NCBI GenBank assembly: GCA_026026165.1
Contig: JAPEUD010000008.1
Location: forward strand, 434,001 to 498,000
Direction: 5' to 3'
From: Sarea resinae
Taxonomy: Eukaryota
DNA: 64,000 nt
The notes below the pieces were generated by a model. That model searched no databases. It had not been told where the DNA came from and was given only the letters and a program-made list of their open reading frames with translations. This document shows, piece by piece, positions 39,160-52,609 of this stretch (the stretch's first letter is position 1; the number at the start of each line of letters is the position of its first letter). The translations under genes were made by a program, and so were the position numbers.

Positions 39160-42098
39160 ATGCCTAAGATCATTAGCTACACTCCTGCGTGGCTGTCTCG
39201 ACCATCTCCCGGGTATGATTTATTCTCTCTTGCATCAAAGACGCCGGAATCTCCTGCAGTCAAGTCAAAGAGCCCAAGAAGATCCTTGAATGGCCAACCG
39301 AAGGACGATTCGTACTGCGGACCGCGCCGAATTCTCGCCCGACGAGGGACTGAGGTTTTTGTGGTGGTCGGGAACCAGCTACGATGGTCAGACCTTTGTA
39401 TGTTGAAGGTTGACTTTCAAGAGTCAGAGGCCCAGAGAGAGAACACATCTCGAGGAGAACGAAATAGATCGTTCCGTAGCAGCACTGCGGACGACTTAGA
39501 CTCTGTCGCTAGGAGCAATTATCGCGTACGGGAACTCTTCACATGCCTAAGACATTGAACCCGAAGCTGATCTGCTTGCACCAGGTTCTCAAAGTGCCAG
39601 TCTCCGAGCAGATCAGACAATTGATCGTATCTCCAGATGGTAAATTTCTTGCTATCGCAACATCACATACAGTCCACGTTGCCCTCCTTCCAGACTCCTC
39701 CCACTTGGGACAACCCGATTCCGACCCTATTAGGCTCAAGACACACACAATCGGTCCAACCTCACACGTTTTGTCCCAGTCGCCTGTCGTTTCAGCTCTG
39801 TGGCATCCGCTTGGAGTCTCTGGAAGATGTCTAGTGACCGTTACCGCAGAAGCGGTTGTACGCGTCTGGGAGCTGAATCCGGAGAATCGATGGTCCTTCG
39901 ACAAGCCAACTCTTGCCATTGATTTGAAGAAGCTCGCCAATGCCACCACATCCGATGAAGATGTCTCCCCTTACACCATTGGGAGAAATAAGGGATTCTC
40001 GCCGGACTCGTTTGAGATGGAGGTGGCTGCCGCATGCTTCGGTGGAACCGGTTCAGAGGAGGAAGATGGATGGCCATCAATGACGCTATGGATAGCTATG
40101 CGAGAAGGGGATGTCTACGCTCTCTGTCCTCTTTTACCTTCCAAGTGGCAACCTGCGTCTACGCTTATTCCTTCTCTGGCTGCCTCAATGGGCGCGAAAG
40201 CTGCTGCCATGGAGGATGACGACATCCCTGACCTCGAACGGGGCATTTACGAACAACAATCGACATGGTTCTCCGCCATTGATAGCCAAGAACCAACAAT
40301 GACTCCTGGTGAGTCGGAGTTCGCCCCGGACATAGAGATATATAGCAGACCGAAGGACCCCGGGCCAATTGCCAGACTGCAGGGACCATTTGAAATAGAG
40401 GGTACTCCGGACGAGTCAAAGGTCGCTTTTCATGAGCGCATCACCGACATCGTCGTTGTAGGCTCAACCACTGACGCGGATGAACTCAACGCCAACGAGG
40501 CAGAAGAGGAGTCAAACCTCGATCAGCCCCAGCTATCAGCAGACATAATCTGCCTTCTATCTAACACCGGCAGACTTCAGGTTTGTCTTGCCCTCATCGA
40601 CGTCGAAGGTCAATGGCTCCCAAAGAAAGACGTGAGTACATCCAGTAAATTTTGAGGCACTTGAAAATCCAACTGACCTTTTTCAGGCAACAACCATGTT
40701 GGATTTTTCTTCTGATCCGTTACCAATTCTCCTGAATTTTGAAACGATTGAAACGACTCTCCCTGCTGACAAGAAAGAGATCAGCTGGCCGACATTCTGT
40801 ACTGACGTCCAGTCGAGATATTCGCTTTTTATTAGCCATGAAAACGGGCTGTCATTTATCTCTTTCCTGCCCTGGATTGCTAATTTAGAAGGCGAGCTCC
40901 AATCCGTCGGCGGCGCCGGATCAGAATTCCGAATAGAGCGTTTTACGGAAGGCCCAAAGAGCCTCTATGAACGGGTCTTGTCTCTTGGGTCAAAGTATGA
41001 CGAGAAATTGGGGCATACATCAGAAGAGATTAGTGGATGCATCGTACTGGAGGATTCTGACCTTGGGTACTTCCTTTTAGCTGTCTCAGGCGAACAACCG
41101 CAAGCCCTCCAATTCGATGTAGCGGGCCCTCGGCCCCTTACCGATGAAGGAGAGGGGCTCTCAATGAGCTTCGAAGCTACGATAGAGGCTCTACCAACGC
41201 CCAGATCGGCATATCAGCCACCTGCTTCGCTGTGGTCGCCATCCGAATTGCCTACTTTCCTCGAGACTCATGTCCATGATCGACATAGACGGATGCTGCG
41301 GGAGGAAATAAGGCTATCCTCTGCCATCCTAGAACTTATAACAGAAGCTCATCGACTCCTCAGTAATGAAACGTATCGGTTAGGGGTCGCTGCGGCGGAT
41401 CTGTTCCGTCGTTGCGAACGGCTGCAGGACGAATTCCGGGACCAGATACGGAGGGCGAGAGAAGTCAAGTACTTGATCGAAAAGGAGATTGGGGATGACG
41501 TGGACACTTGCAATGACAACGAGTTACTGGGCGGCAACTCGCGAATTGATCAGCGGATAGAAGGGATTTCAGCACGGCAGGTTGAACTCGTTGCTCGGCA
41601 TGACAGTCTCCGTAGGAAAATTGCTCACTTGGATGGCCGGGCATTAAGTGACAAGGAGCAGCTTTGGATTCAGGAGATGCAGAAGATGGCGTCAGCAATT
41701 ATACCACCGGAGGACCGGAATAGCGATGATGATGACCACGAATCTGTTGACCAGAAGTCGGCAGCTTGGAGACGTCTCAGAGAGGTAGGCTGAATTGGTA
41801 TCAATTCTGGAACTCTTGACTAACACAACACAGCTTCGAGATGTGATGGAAGATTTGGTGCCACAAGCGAAAGAGGCCGCTAATGATGGCGAATGTGATG
41901 AAAATGGGACCTTCAAAGTGCCGCCAGCCATACGGAAAGCTAAAGAGTCTCAGATCATGGGCATGTTGGAGAGAGAGTATGTCGTTCAGGCTGTTCTTTT
42001 TTGTCTAACGTACTGTGCTAACAAATCGACACTGCAGGTCTGCGCTCATTGAAGCTACGCAGTCTCGTCTTGAGCGTCTGGAGGTTTCTGATAACTGA
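39160..42098 (+). CDS. nup82: Nucleoporin Nup82/Nup88
   Basis: MPKIISYTPAWLSRPSPG, beta-propeller-type region (LAIATSHTVHV, ALWHPLG, WIAMREGDVYALCPLLP) and a C-terminal coiled coil (AAADLFRRCERLQDEF). Four introns. Confidence 0.88.
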
Positions 42099-43190
42099 AC
42101 CTGCAGATTCAGACCTTTGCATGTCACATGCTTTTCAGGAGCATAAGAGGATGCTGTTTTCAGCTTTGCTGAGGCGTTTGAACATAGCGCCTGGAGTTTG
42201 GATGTCCGCTCCGACGAGGTAACAGGATGGATGAAGAGGCTGATAACGGCATGTGAAGCAGAATCTCATAGGCTAGGAACGACAGATCAGATAGCCTTGA
42301 TCTGTCTCCCCGCCAAAGCTAAAGACAGAGACTGTCCCGGCGGCTTCGGTGTCAATGATGTCTTACTACTCTGTGCAGTGAAGCTGTATGTTGTCATCTA
42401 CTCCGTAGAGGGAGTCACCGCTTCCCAATTGCGTTAGCACGCGTAGAAGGATGGAAGTATTCTAGTCGTCAGTAGGCGTCAGGTCCACGCGAGGCTACGG
42501 TAAGATAGCTCTTGCAAGCCCTGGAGGACTACGGACTAGCTGTTTGGGCCTAACCACCAAGGTTCGCCGCCTACCCTTTTACCGTCGGTGATTCGTCCCC
42601 CCCCAAGCACATGCGGGGCCGGCTATCAGTTGCAGGCTAGATGGCCAGATAGGGTCACTGTATCTCTTTCTCTTCGGAGTATCGTAGAGTAGTAGTAATG
42701 TGGTTAGGAAATCCCCCATGGCACATCTTACGATCGACAAGACCCAGCTGTGCTATAGTCGAGCAAGTAGTACCGGCCCGCTATGACTGATTGCTACGAT
42801 TTCTATTTCTCCGTACCACGCCTGGATGCATCTTATCGTTCCACTTACACAATGGAAAAAGATGGGCAACTCCCCCCGGTCCACGGCATGCACACATGCA
42901 CACACCCTTGCCCCTCTTTGATCGTCGTCCTCTGATGATGAGTAACGGCCCTCCATGGGTACCGAAGTACGTTGATTGATTGATACGACGTCTCGAGATA
43001 GATATCATCATCCTACATGAGGCGCAACACAAGACCCAGTACTCGCGGGAAGAGTCGCAGCTTGCAGGCGGTGACCCAATTGAGCGATTGATCGGATGTC
43101 TTGATTTTGTCGTCTCCATCTCTCCTATATAACCTCTCTGCCGGAGCTGAACTTGGGCTTCAGCTTGACCATTCTCCGCCGCTATCCACG

Positions 43191-44940
43191 ATGGCGAGTC
43201 CAGCCGAAGATCCTATCGTCGACCTTGACGAGAAGGCCACTTCTCCGCAAACGCGATCAGATGAATCAGCAATTGAGACAGGAGTGGTCGAACTCGATCG
43301 TGTAGCCGTGAAAAAGCTGGTGCGGAAGCTCGACCTTCATATCATTCCCGTGGTCATGGGCCTGTACCTACTTTCTTTTCTAGACAGGTGAGTCCATGGC
43401 ACAAATCTAGACGCGAGGACTTGGCTGACAGGATTCGATATGAAGGGTCAATATTGGCAATGCCAGGTTTGTTGCTCCGACGTGAGCTTTAATGACGTAT
43501 GCCGTGTTGACGGTCGATTCAGGCTATACGGTCTCGAAGAGGACCTTAACCTCACCGGCAACAAGTTCCAGGTGGCTACCTCGATATTGTTTGTGCCTTA
43601 TATTGTAACCACATATTCCCAGCCGCCTCTTGATCTATCAAGTTGCTAATTTCTCTCTCTCTCTATACAGCTTTCAGAACTACCTAGCAATCTTGTCCTC
43701 AAGAAATTCAAACCATCACGCTGGATTGCCTTCATAGCGACAAGCTGGGGCATCATCGCCACGCTCACTGGGGTCGTTGAAAGCTATGGTGGTCTCATCG
43801 TATGTCGTCTGCTCCTCGGCCTCGTCGAAGGCGGTCTCTTCCCTGGGATGGCCACCTACCTCACCCTTTTCTACACCCGTGACGAGCTCGCCCTCCGCAT
43901 TGGGTTTCTTTTCGTCAGCGCTGCCCTCGCCGGTGCGTTTGGTGGCCTGCTCTCCTACGGCATCGGCTTCATGGACGGCGTCGGTGGCCAACGCGCCTGG
44001 CGCTGGATTCTCATCATTGAGGGTCTTCCCACCTTTGTCCTTGGCATCCTCACTTTCTTCGTCCTCGCCGACAAACCCGAAACAGCCTACTACCTCACCC
44101 CCGAAGACAAAGCCCTCATGGTAGCCCGTCGTGAGCGTCAGACCGGACACACTGCTTCGGCGCAGAAATTCCACTGGGCCGATGTCCGCGACGCTCTAAC
44201 CGACTGGCGCGTCTGGGCTATGTGCATCGCCCAATTCGGCGTCGATACTATGCTCTACGGTTATAGCACTTTCCTGCCGACCATCATCAAGGGCCTGGGA
44301 CACTGGGACTCACCGCAGACCAACGCACTAACAGTCCCCTGTTACGCGCTCGGAGCTATCGCTTACATTGTCGTGGCCATCATCTCGGACCGCCAGGAGA
44401 TCCGCGGATTCTATACGGTGGCCTTTGGCCTGATTTCCGTCATCGGTTATGCCATTCTCATTTCAGACGTCAGCTCGGGTGCTCACTACTTCGCCTGCTT
44501 TCTCGTGGCCCTGGGCCTCTACGTTTGTGTCGGGCTCCCTCTGGCATGGCTCCCAAATAACTGTCCCCGCTACGGCAAACGCACCACGGCCACCGGCCTA
44601 CAACTCTCATTGGGAAATTGCTCAGGCATCATGGCACCGTTTGTATGTCGTTTTTTCCTTTCCTCCACCTTGCCCCCCCAAATCTCACCCATCCGCCTAA
44701 ACTGACCCAACCACGCAGCTGTACGAGACCTACTATGGCCCGCGCTACACGAAAGGGCATGCGGTGACGCTTTCACTCGTAGCATTCGCCTCCTGCGTCT
44801 ACGCCGTCATGGCGTTCTATTTTTCGGGCAAGAACAAGCGACGCGAGGCCGGCGACGAGGACGGGGTCATGGAGGGTAAGACGGAAGAAGAGATCAATGA
44901 GATGGGCGACTGGTCGCCGAGATTCAGATATGAACGCTGA
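43191..44940 (+). CDS. MFS permease, anion:cation symporter family (Dal5/Tna1-like)
   Basis: KLVRKLDLHIIP..LSFLDR|VNIGNA|RLYG, ELPSNL, RLLLGLVEGGLFPG, WRWILIIEG, YGKRTTATG and terminal PRFRYER. Four introns. Confidence 0.92.
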
Positions 44941-45315
44941 TGTTGCCTTGATCTCCTTTCTTCAAGATTTCTCTTGGGCCGCTGAAGACTTTACCGTCTG
45001 GTATCCCTTCGATGCCTGTGTGTACTTTTTTTTTATTGAGTGTTTGTTTGAGACTCAAAGGGCTTTTTGCGATTTAAAGAATCGAGAAAGTTGGAGTAGA
45101 TCTCGTACGGGGCTGAGCGTCCCGAGGATTATGTCATATATAATACATTGGCTGGGCTTAGATGTATAGAGTACAACCTACGAAGATACTGCTTTTGTTC
45201 GACAAAATATACTAATCGGCGGTATGATGCAGGAGAGGTATACCACTGCCAGCCTATCCAAAGATTTTGTTCTCTCCTCCCTTGTCACTTTCATTCGACA
45301 CCACATACGACTCGT

Positions 45316-47114
45316 TTAATGGGCCGTCTTCCACTCTTCCATCCATGCCAAGACGAACGCCACCTCCTCTGTCTGCGTCTTCCTGACGGGCGCCGGCGGC
45401 AACGAAGCAGTCGTCTCGTTCGAAAACAAGCCATTCTCGTCCCAATGATGGACGGCTCCGGCAATAAGCATAAAGGGCTCCTCGGTCGTGTTTGGCCTGC
45501 TGACAGGCGCCGAGCTATTGAACGGCCACGCGTGTGGGGTCGCGGGTCGCCAGGGATCGGCCTCGCCGTCGATGATGGCCAGGCGCGGGTAGCTGATGTT
45601 GAAGCCGCCGTGCTTGTTGATGGCGTCTACGTTGGGCGGCTCCGTGATGTTGAATGCGTCCTTGCAGATCAGGGCCTCGTATTCCAAGGTCGCGGTGCGG
45701 GAGATCAGGGGCAATTGGTTCGCGGGTACGCCCGAGCCGGTTTGCAGGAAGCCCCATTCCGTGCAGTATTGATAGGGCCAGCTGCGCCATTCTTGGCTGA
45801 TATCTGATTGCGCGTAGAAGGTGCTGTTATGCGTCGTGAAGCAGGCATCTTGGCTTGTGCCGCCTTCTGTGCAGGGAGCTACGGACGTTAGGTTGACGTA
45901 GCCGATCAAGTTCAGCATCCCCGTGACTAGTGATGTGGAGTTGGGGTATTTGGCCACGGCGATCAGGGACTCGACTTGTGGGGTGAGCGAGGCGGTGGAC
46001 GGATACAGGACCGTTGACGAGGTAAGGTTGGCGCAGTATTGGTAGAAGGATGGATCGTCGACTGCAGGGTCCCAGTTCCGCGATTGCCAGCCGTAAATGC
46101 CATCGCTGAGAATGTTGGCGAAGTCATCTGCGTAGGTGACGTTCGGTAATCCGAAGACGGCCTTGAGCTCTGAGGTGGTCGAGGTGCTATTCAGGCCGAT
46201 GATGATCTTGTCGACTATGTTGATTAGTTTTTGCTGCATCGATATGCAGGCTGGCGGGCCGAAGACGCGGATGGGTTCGAAGTATGCCCAGTAGTCATAG
46301 ATGGCCTCTACCACGCCTGAAGATGAGATTGTACCTGCGTTGGAGGGTCAGTAGGAAGATCATAGGTATAAAGCCAAATTCGTGTTGGGCTCACCCCAGA
46401 ATATATCGGGGTACACTGTTCGCAAGATCGCGTTAAAGGCACCAGCATAAGATCCTCCATATCCAATATAGGCGACATTGGGCGCGGTCAGATTATGCTC
46501 CTCGAGACCAGGAAAGACGACATTCTGGGCGAAGTAGGCCTCATCGGCCATGGCCTGTTCCGTAGTCAAGAAGCGCATATTCTCAGTCGACAGATCAGGA
46601 ACGGGAAAACTCGTGCCATAATAGCGATGCTCCAGCACCACGCCAATCCCGTGCGTAGCTTTGGCCAGCTGAGCTATAATGCCCTTTTGCAGGTACGGCA
46701 ATCGGTCGGTGCCGGTGTCCTCGCCGCTCTGAAGCACAATGACCGGGCCGCCGGGCGCGTAATGGCTAGCATCGAACCAATATCGAAGCGGAAAGGTGTC
46801 GTCCGTGTGCGGCTCGTACAAAGAGTCATTGTGGAAGTGGTCGACGGGCACGGAGATGTTGTAGGCTGGATATAAGGTTGTCGGGTCGACATCGCGGCGG
46901 AACAGACTGCCACTGGCAGCCAATTGCTCGACCTGTCCGCAGAAGCATCAGTAATCGCAGCCAACTAACTATACGCGTCGAGATCCTCTGCTGGCAGGCT
47001 TACAGGGGTGACCTTCTTCCGCAATTCGCTGATGGGCGTGGATGCGAACCTGGCCGTCACGAAGGGTATCATGAGACCCAAGAGAGCGACGACGGCAGTG
47101 ATTTGGGAAGCCAT
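45316..47114 (-). CDS. Secreted serine peptidase, family S28
   Basis: Signal peptide MASQITAVVALLGLMIPFVTA, then PVDHF, RYWFDASHY, LEHRYYGTS, nucleophile GGSYAG, WPYQYCTEWG, DPWR and AVHHWD. Two introns. Confidence 0.92.
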
Positions 47115-47141
47115 GATGTTGAATGGCCGTAGCAGTGACGG

Positions 47142-47170
47142 TGGCAATGGCAATGGCAATGGCAATGGCA
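47142..47170. repeat. Microsatellite (TGGCAA) x ~5
   Basis: Seen directly, ~30 nt upstream of the S28 start codon. Confidence 0.9.
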
Positions 47171-48316
47171 TCGACAGAAGACACGACGGGCAAAGGAGAG
47201 GAGATCACCGCCACCTTCTCCTCCTCGTCCATGCCTGTTGGTGTTGGTGCTGCTGCAGTGCCCTGTATATTGAGGCCCGTCATTATGGTCCGGAAGGGGA
47301 AGGTGATAGATATCCAGGACAGGGTCTGAGGGTCCATGGACGGGAGTACTCCTCGAGTACTACTGAAGTACTCCGGAGCAGGTACTGCACGTGGGGACAT
47401 GGGCAGCACGGGAGGTGCTCGACAGGTACCCATCAACATAGACTAGGTACTCGGACATGGGACAGAGTCAGAGTAGAGTACGAGTAATTGCTACGAAGTA
47501 GATGTCCGAGATTACAGAGGTACGACCTGGGAAGTTGGAATCCGTGGATGTTGGTACCTGTAGGATTGGATTGGATTCCAAGTTCCTACCCGAAGCCTAC
47601 GGAGTACTGGATGGTACCTGAGGTACCTTGTGTTCCTGCACTCGTCCCTCCAATCTACTGCGTAGATGACCGACCTACCGTAGGTACCTTACGCTGCGTT
47701 GAATGGCCCGGCCTGGATGGTTCAGCAGTCAGGAATCATCCGCCATGTCTTGCGACAGACAACCATCGAAATGTTAAGGTATGCACTTGACGGACTCTTC
47801 TCTGGTACTCCAGTTGGCCGACGATCCCATGAAGACTGTCCCCTCGAACAAGCTTGGAACCTCTCAATGCAAGCCGGCATCATCCGAAGGTGGATTCGCC
47901 GTGTCCAGTGAAGAATTTCCATCGAGTAAGAAGTTGAGCGGCGGGCTTGGTCGAGGGGAAATGATCGAGTAAGAGCAAATGCTGCTATGACCGGACGGGA
48001 ATGATGCCTGGATGCCAAGGTAGAAGTACTTCTCCTGGTAGGGGATCCCCGGGGCGCAGACTGGTACCTTATCCAACCCACCAGATGGATCAGATTAGAG
48101 TATCCGCTTCCAGCGCACCTGGACGCTACCCACCCACAATGCTCTACTCGGAGTAAGGCTCGATGATTCCGAACCGGAGGATGTGCTTCGATTGCATTTC
48201 ATTGTAATCCTCTCATCTTTCTGCAGCCTCACGCTCATCCTTACATTCTTTCCCTGGACCGAACTCGTTGCTCCGCGTACGAATCAGTGCCGTACGACTC
48301 CGCCTCTGGGTTGCCG

Positions 48317-48362
48317 TTATCTACCGAGCCTTATCTTGGACCGCCTTATCGCCCCCGATAAG
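48317..48362. promoter_or_regulatory. Cluster of four GATAA sites (AreA/NIT2-type) upstream of allantoinase
   Basis: TTATCT 48317-48322, CTTATCT 48330-48336, CTTATC 48345-48350 and GATAAG 48357-48362, located 175-220 bp upstream of the ATG. Confidence 0.6.
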
Positions 48363-48537
48363 CGGAGCCAGCTTCTGAAATCGATCCTGGGACCCTGAGG
48401 GGCAGAGGCGCATCTCTGCCGTTGACACTCTCTATCGACACACAAACCGGTGGTCGAATTGGCTGTTGGCACCGCAAATCAAAACCCTCTTTCGAATATA
48501 GAGCGTTGACATTCCCGGCGCCAATACTTTCGCCGCC

Positions 48538-50200
48538 ATGCCTTCGGCCGCTCACCCGCCTATCACCGTCCTTGCATCCTCTCGAGCCGTCCTCGACGGC
48601 GGTCTGACGGAGGCTACCATAGTCATATCCCTCAACACCGGAAAAATCACATCGATATTCCACTCCGTACTTCCTCCCTCTGACTTCCCTCCCGGAACTC
48701 CCTATGCCGACCATTCCCCCCGTATCCTTCTGCCGGGTCTTGTTGATGCTCATGTCCACCTGAACGAGCCTGGGCGGACGGAATGGGAGGGTTTCTGGAC
48801 TGGTACCCGGGCTGCGGCCTTCGGTGGTGTGACGACCGTGATTGATATGCCTTTGAACGCCATCCCACCAACGACAACGGTTGCCGGTTTCAAAGAGAAA
48901 ATTAAAGCTGCACAGGGACAGTGTTGGGTCGATGTTGGATTCTATGGAGGCGTTGTACCAGGGAATGCGGCGGAGTTGAAGCCTTTGGTCAAGGAGGGTG
49001 TGAGAGGATTCAAAGGCTTCATGATTGACAGCGGGGTATATCATCCTCGGCCCTTGGGGTTCGCAATCGTGTTCTGACCATGACATGAAAACTAGGTTGA
49101 TGAATTTCCGGCCGTGTCTTCTCACGATGTGGCGGAAGCGATGGCAGAACTGGCGGACGAGCCAACGACCCTCATGTTTCATGCCGAAATGATTCCTCCT
49201 ATATCTGACTCTGTTGGCGACGCCGTTCAACATTCCCTCCCACCACTCTTCCCACACGGACCTTTGACCTCCTACAACACGTTCCTCGAATCGCGACCGC
49301 CGTCCTTTGAAACGTACGCTATCTCCGAGATCCTTTCTTTGGCTTCCCTCGCTCCTAAATTACCACTTCACATTGTCCATCTCTCTGCCATCGAGGCGAT
49401 TCCTCTACTTTGTGACGCCCGCGCCAAGGGAGTGAAGATCACCGCGGAGACGTGTTTCCATTATCTCAGTCTCGCGTCCGAAGCGGTCCAAGAGGGCGAC
49501 ACACGACATAAATGCTGCCCGCCGATTCGTACCCAATCAAATCAGGATGGGCTATGGCAAGAATTGCTCAAAGATAAGACCGACGGCGCCAATGGCGTTA
49601 TCAGCACCGTTGTGTCTGACCACTCGCCATGCACGCCGGATCTGAAGCTCTTGCCAGCCACTTTTGCGTCCGAAGGAACCAACAGCAAGTCCCCTACGTC
49701 GAAGGCGGACGAAGGGACAGATGGCGACTTCTTTTCTGCATGGGGCGGTATCAGCAGCGTGGGCTTGGGCCTCAGCATCCTATGGACCGAAGGCGCAAAA
49801 CGGGGCGTGACAATTGAAGATGCGGTGCGCTGGTGTAGTCAGAACACGGCTAGGCAAGTTGGACTCGAGCACTGCAAGGGCCAATTGGGTGTGGGGTTTG
49901 ACGGCGACGTTGCGGTCTTTGATGATGAGGCCGAGTTCGTTGTATGTAGTCTCCGGATTCCCCAGCGTTGAAATTTCAAAACATGGAGAGCTCAATCACT
50001 AACCCTGGTCCCACCAGGTCGAGCCCAGCACGATGCTCTTCCGCAACAAGTGCTCACCCTACGAGAGCAAAACACTGCGAGGCATCGTTACGGAGACTTG
50101 GGTTCGTGGCTGCAAGGTCTTTGCTCGTGACGAGGGGTTTAACAAGGCTGGCCCGTGTGGACGCTTGCTGCTTGAACCAAGAAAGACGACAAAGGTTTGA
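48538..50200 (+). CDS. dal1: Allantoinase (amidohydrolase superfamily)
   Basis: Metal ligands DAHVHLNEPG, GFKGF, MFHAE, HIVHLS and SDHSP, plus KCCPPIR and AWGGISSVGLG. Two introns. Confidence 0.93.
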
Positions 50201-50710
50201 GGGAAGAGAGTCGCGGCTTCTTGGCTCGAAAGGGGAAGGAAGAAGCCGTGTCAGGAGAATATGACGCGAATTGATTCATACATGGCATGCTAGGATGCGT
50301 CATGTAACGTGCATGGTAGTCTTTGTGTTGCATCACACGGGCCATTAGCGATTGACGGGAAGGATATTAAAAGAGACCAATCATCTGGTTAGCATTTAGC
50401 GTTCTAGGGAAATGCATCGGATACGTAGGGATAGAAACCATTATTCCGTCTTGTGGATATCAATTAACAGAGGAAAGCACATGAGAAAATAATCGCCTGA
50501 TAAAATGCCTCAAGGACCTCTCTTCCGACATGTCGCACTCAGAATTGAAGGTAGAAGACCCGGAACAAGGATATTAGATGAAACAGTGATTCGAATTGTC
50601 TATGTGTGGATCCCGGTCATACCTTTCCAACATCTCAATTGTGCCCGCGGAAGAACAAATACCATCGCACGCGTGCTTCCACGAACATGACCCCGCGGAT
50701 CGCCGAGCGG

Positions 50711-50730
50711 GAGCGAGCGAGCGAGCGAGC
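50711..50730. repeat. Microsatellite (GAGC)5
   Basis: Seen directly. Confidence 0.9.
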
Positions 50731-50976
50731 GGAGAATGCGGCGCGTCTTCCGCTCCACACGCGAACGAACGGAAACGGGGACAGAAAGTAGAAGCGCCTA
50801 AAGCAACGACGGTGAATTATGCGACGAATATCGTCGAACGTCTCAACAATTTAGCAGGCCAGCAGGCAAACAAGCCAGTGATTGAACGGCAATCATGTAT
50901 CCAGCACGCCAGCCCCGCCTGGAATGAACGCCTCCGAGCCCGCAATCAATCCCACCTCATCAGCATTCCCATCATC

Positions 50977-52609
50977 ATGGGCGCAGCCACCACCTTATCA
51001 TCAGCGCAACACTCGATGGCCAGCCCGCGCACTCATAACACGAACCATATGCGACGGTCACGTTCAGCAGCCGGCGCCGGTCCCGGTCCTGCCTCAGCAG
51101 TCGCGACGACAACGACTACGATAGCCAGTTCCACGACCCGACCCACCGCGCCTTCATCGATGCTACAACCGCAGCCCACGGAACGGACGGTGCTGAACGT
51201 CGTGCTGGGCGACGTGCTGTTCAAAACCTGGTACGGGTCGTTCTACCCGCCCGAGATCGTGGGCCGGGGCAGCGCCGCCGCCGCTGCAACTGTTCCTACT
51301 ACCAATATATCCTCACCTAGTGTCAATGGTGTTTCTGAAGGATCCGGGGCTGGGACAGTGGCGGCCAAGGGAGTAACGGAGCGTCTTTATGTGTGCCGGT
51401 GGTGTTTCAAGTATTCAAAGGAGTTGATGCCGTATTTGGGACACGTAGTATGTCTGCCCCTTCACTCAAAATGTTCTTCCAGACGCTACGTTTTGGGCGC
51501 TTTACAGCGGAGAGACTATTGGACTACCCAGCAAGAAAATGGCTAACGGAAGAGCTCAATAATTGCAGCGCTCATGTCCTCTTCGAGCAGAACCTCCGGG
51601 CCATAGGATCTATAGCAAAGGCCCCTACTCGATCCGCGAAGTCGACGGCGAGACCCACAAGCTCTTCGCCCAGAACCTGTCGCTGTTCGCCAAGCTATTC
51701 CTCGATAACAAGTCCGTCTTCTTCGACGTCTCGAGCTTCCTGTACTATATCCTCTGCTATACACCCCCAACCACGGGTGACTCTGGAATTGGTCCCGCAG
51801 ATGGTGAAGGAGAAGAGCAGCAGATCATTGGATTTTTCTCGAAAGAGAAAATGAGCTGGGATAACAACAATTTGGCCTGTATCCTCGTGTTCCCGCCCTA
51901 CCAGCGTAAAGGTCTGGGGAAGATTCTGATGGGCCTAAGCTATGAGCTCGGCAGAAGAGAGGGGAGGTTCGGTGGGCCCGAAAAGCGTAAGTCTTCCCGT
52001 TTTCACTTCGAGGGTAAGGGATTGGGATAATGAGTAGAGGGCTACGAGAAGAGAACGAATGTGTTGGATGAGCTCTAGGCTGACGTTCATAATGAGACAG
52101 CGCTCTCGGAGTTGGGGGTAAAAGGGTACCTCTCTTTCTGGTCTGCGACGGTGGCGAGGTATATCTTGGGCATAGCACCGACCACGACGACGACCATCAC
52201 GACAACGACGACAACCACTTCCTCAAAGAAAAGAACCTTTAGTAGTAGCACGAGCAACAGCAACAATTATCTGACCGTCAAGGATATCTCAGCAGCAACA
52301 TATCTCCTCCCCGAAGACATCATTGCAGCGCTCAAGTGGATGGGCGTGCTCAGCCCCCTCAATGCGCCCGCTTCAGGTACTGCTAAAACGGCGGATGATG
52401 GTGCGGCAGATATGGCGGCACTGGTAGTTGATAAGAATACCATCCGCGATTGGGCGCTAAAACATTCGATCGATCTTGCGCCGCCTGTGGATCCAGAAAT
52501 GCTTGTTTTGAGAGAGTCTGTTATCACGATAGGCGAAGGGGAGGAAGAAGAAGAGGAGGAGGAAGGGGAGGACGAAGACGAAGAAGAGGAAGAAGACGAG
52601 GACGGCTGA
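50977..52609 (+). CDS. MYST-family histone acetyltransferase, Sas2-like
   Basis: TWYGSFYP, C2HC finger CRWCFKY..H|RSC, QNLSLFAKLFLDNKSVFFDV, GFFSKEK, NLACILVFPPYQRKGLG, GGPEK|PLSELG and an acidic tail. No chromodomain. Start uncertain. Confidence 0.85.

Noticed and set aside
45148..45807. Long antisense ORFs (also 17903-18394, 43716-44174, 48346-49257, 54965-55591)
   Set aside because: They are shadows of codon-biased sense genes, with no recognisable domains.
47003..47012. Two in-frame donors 9 nt apart in S28 intron 1
   Set aside because: They would differ by only three propeptide residues, and GTAAGC is clearly the stronger site.
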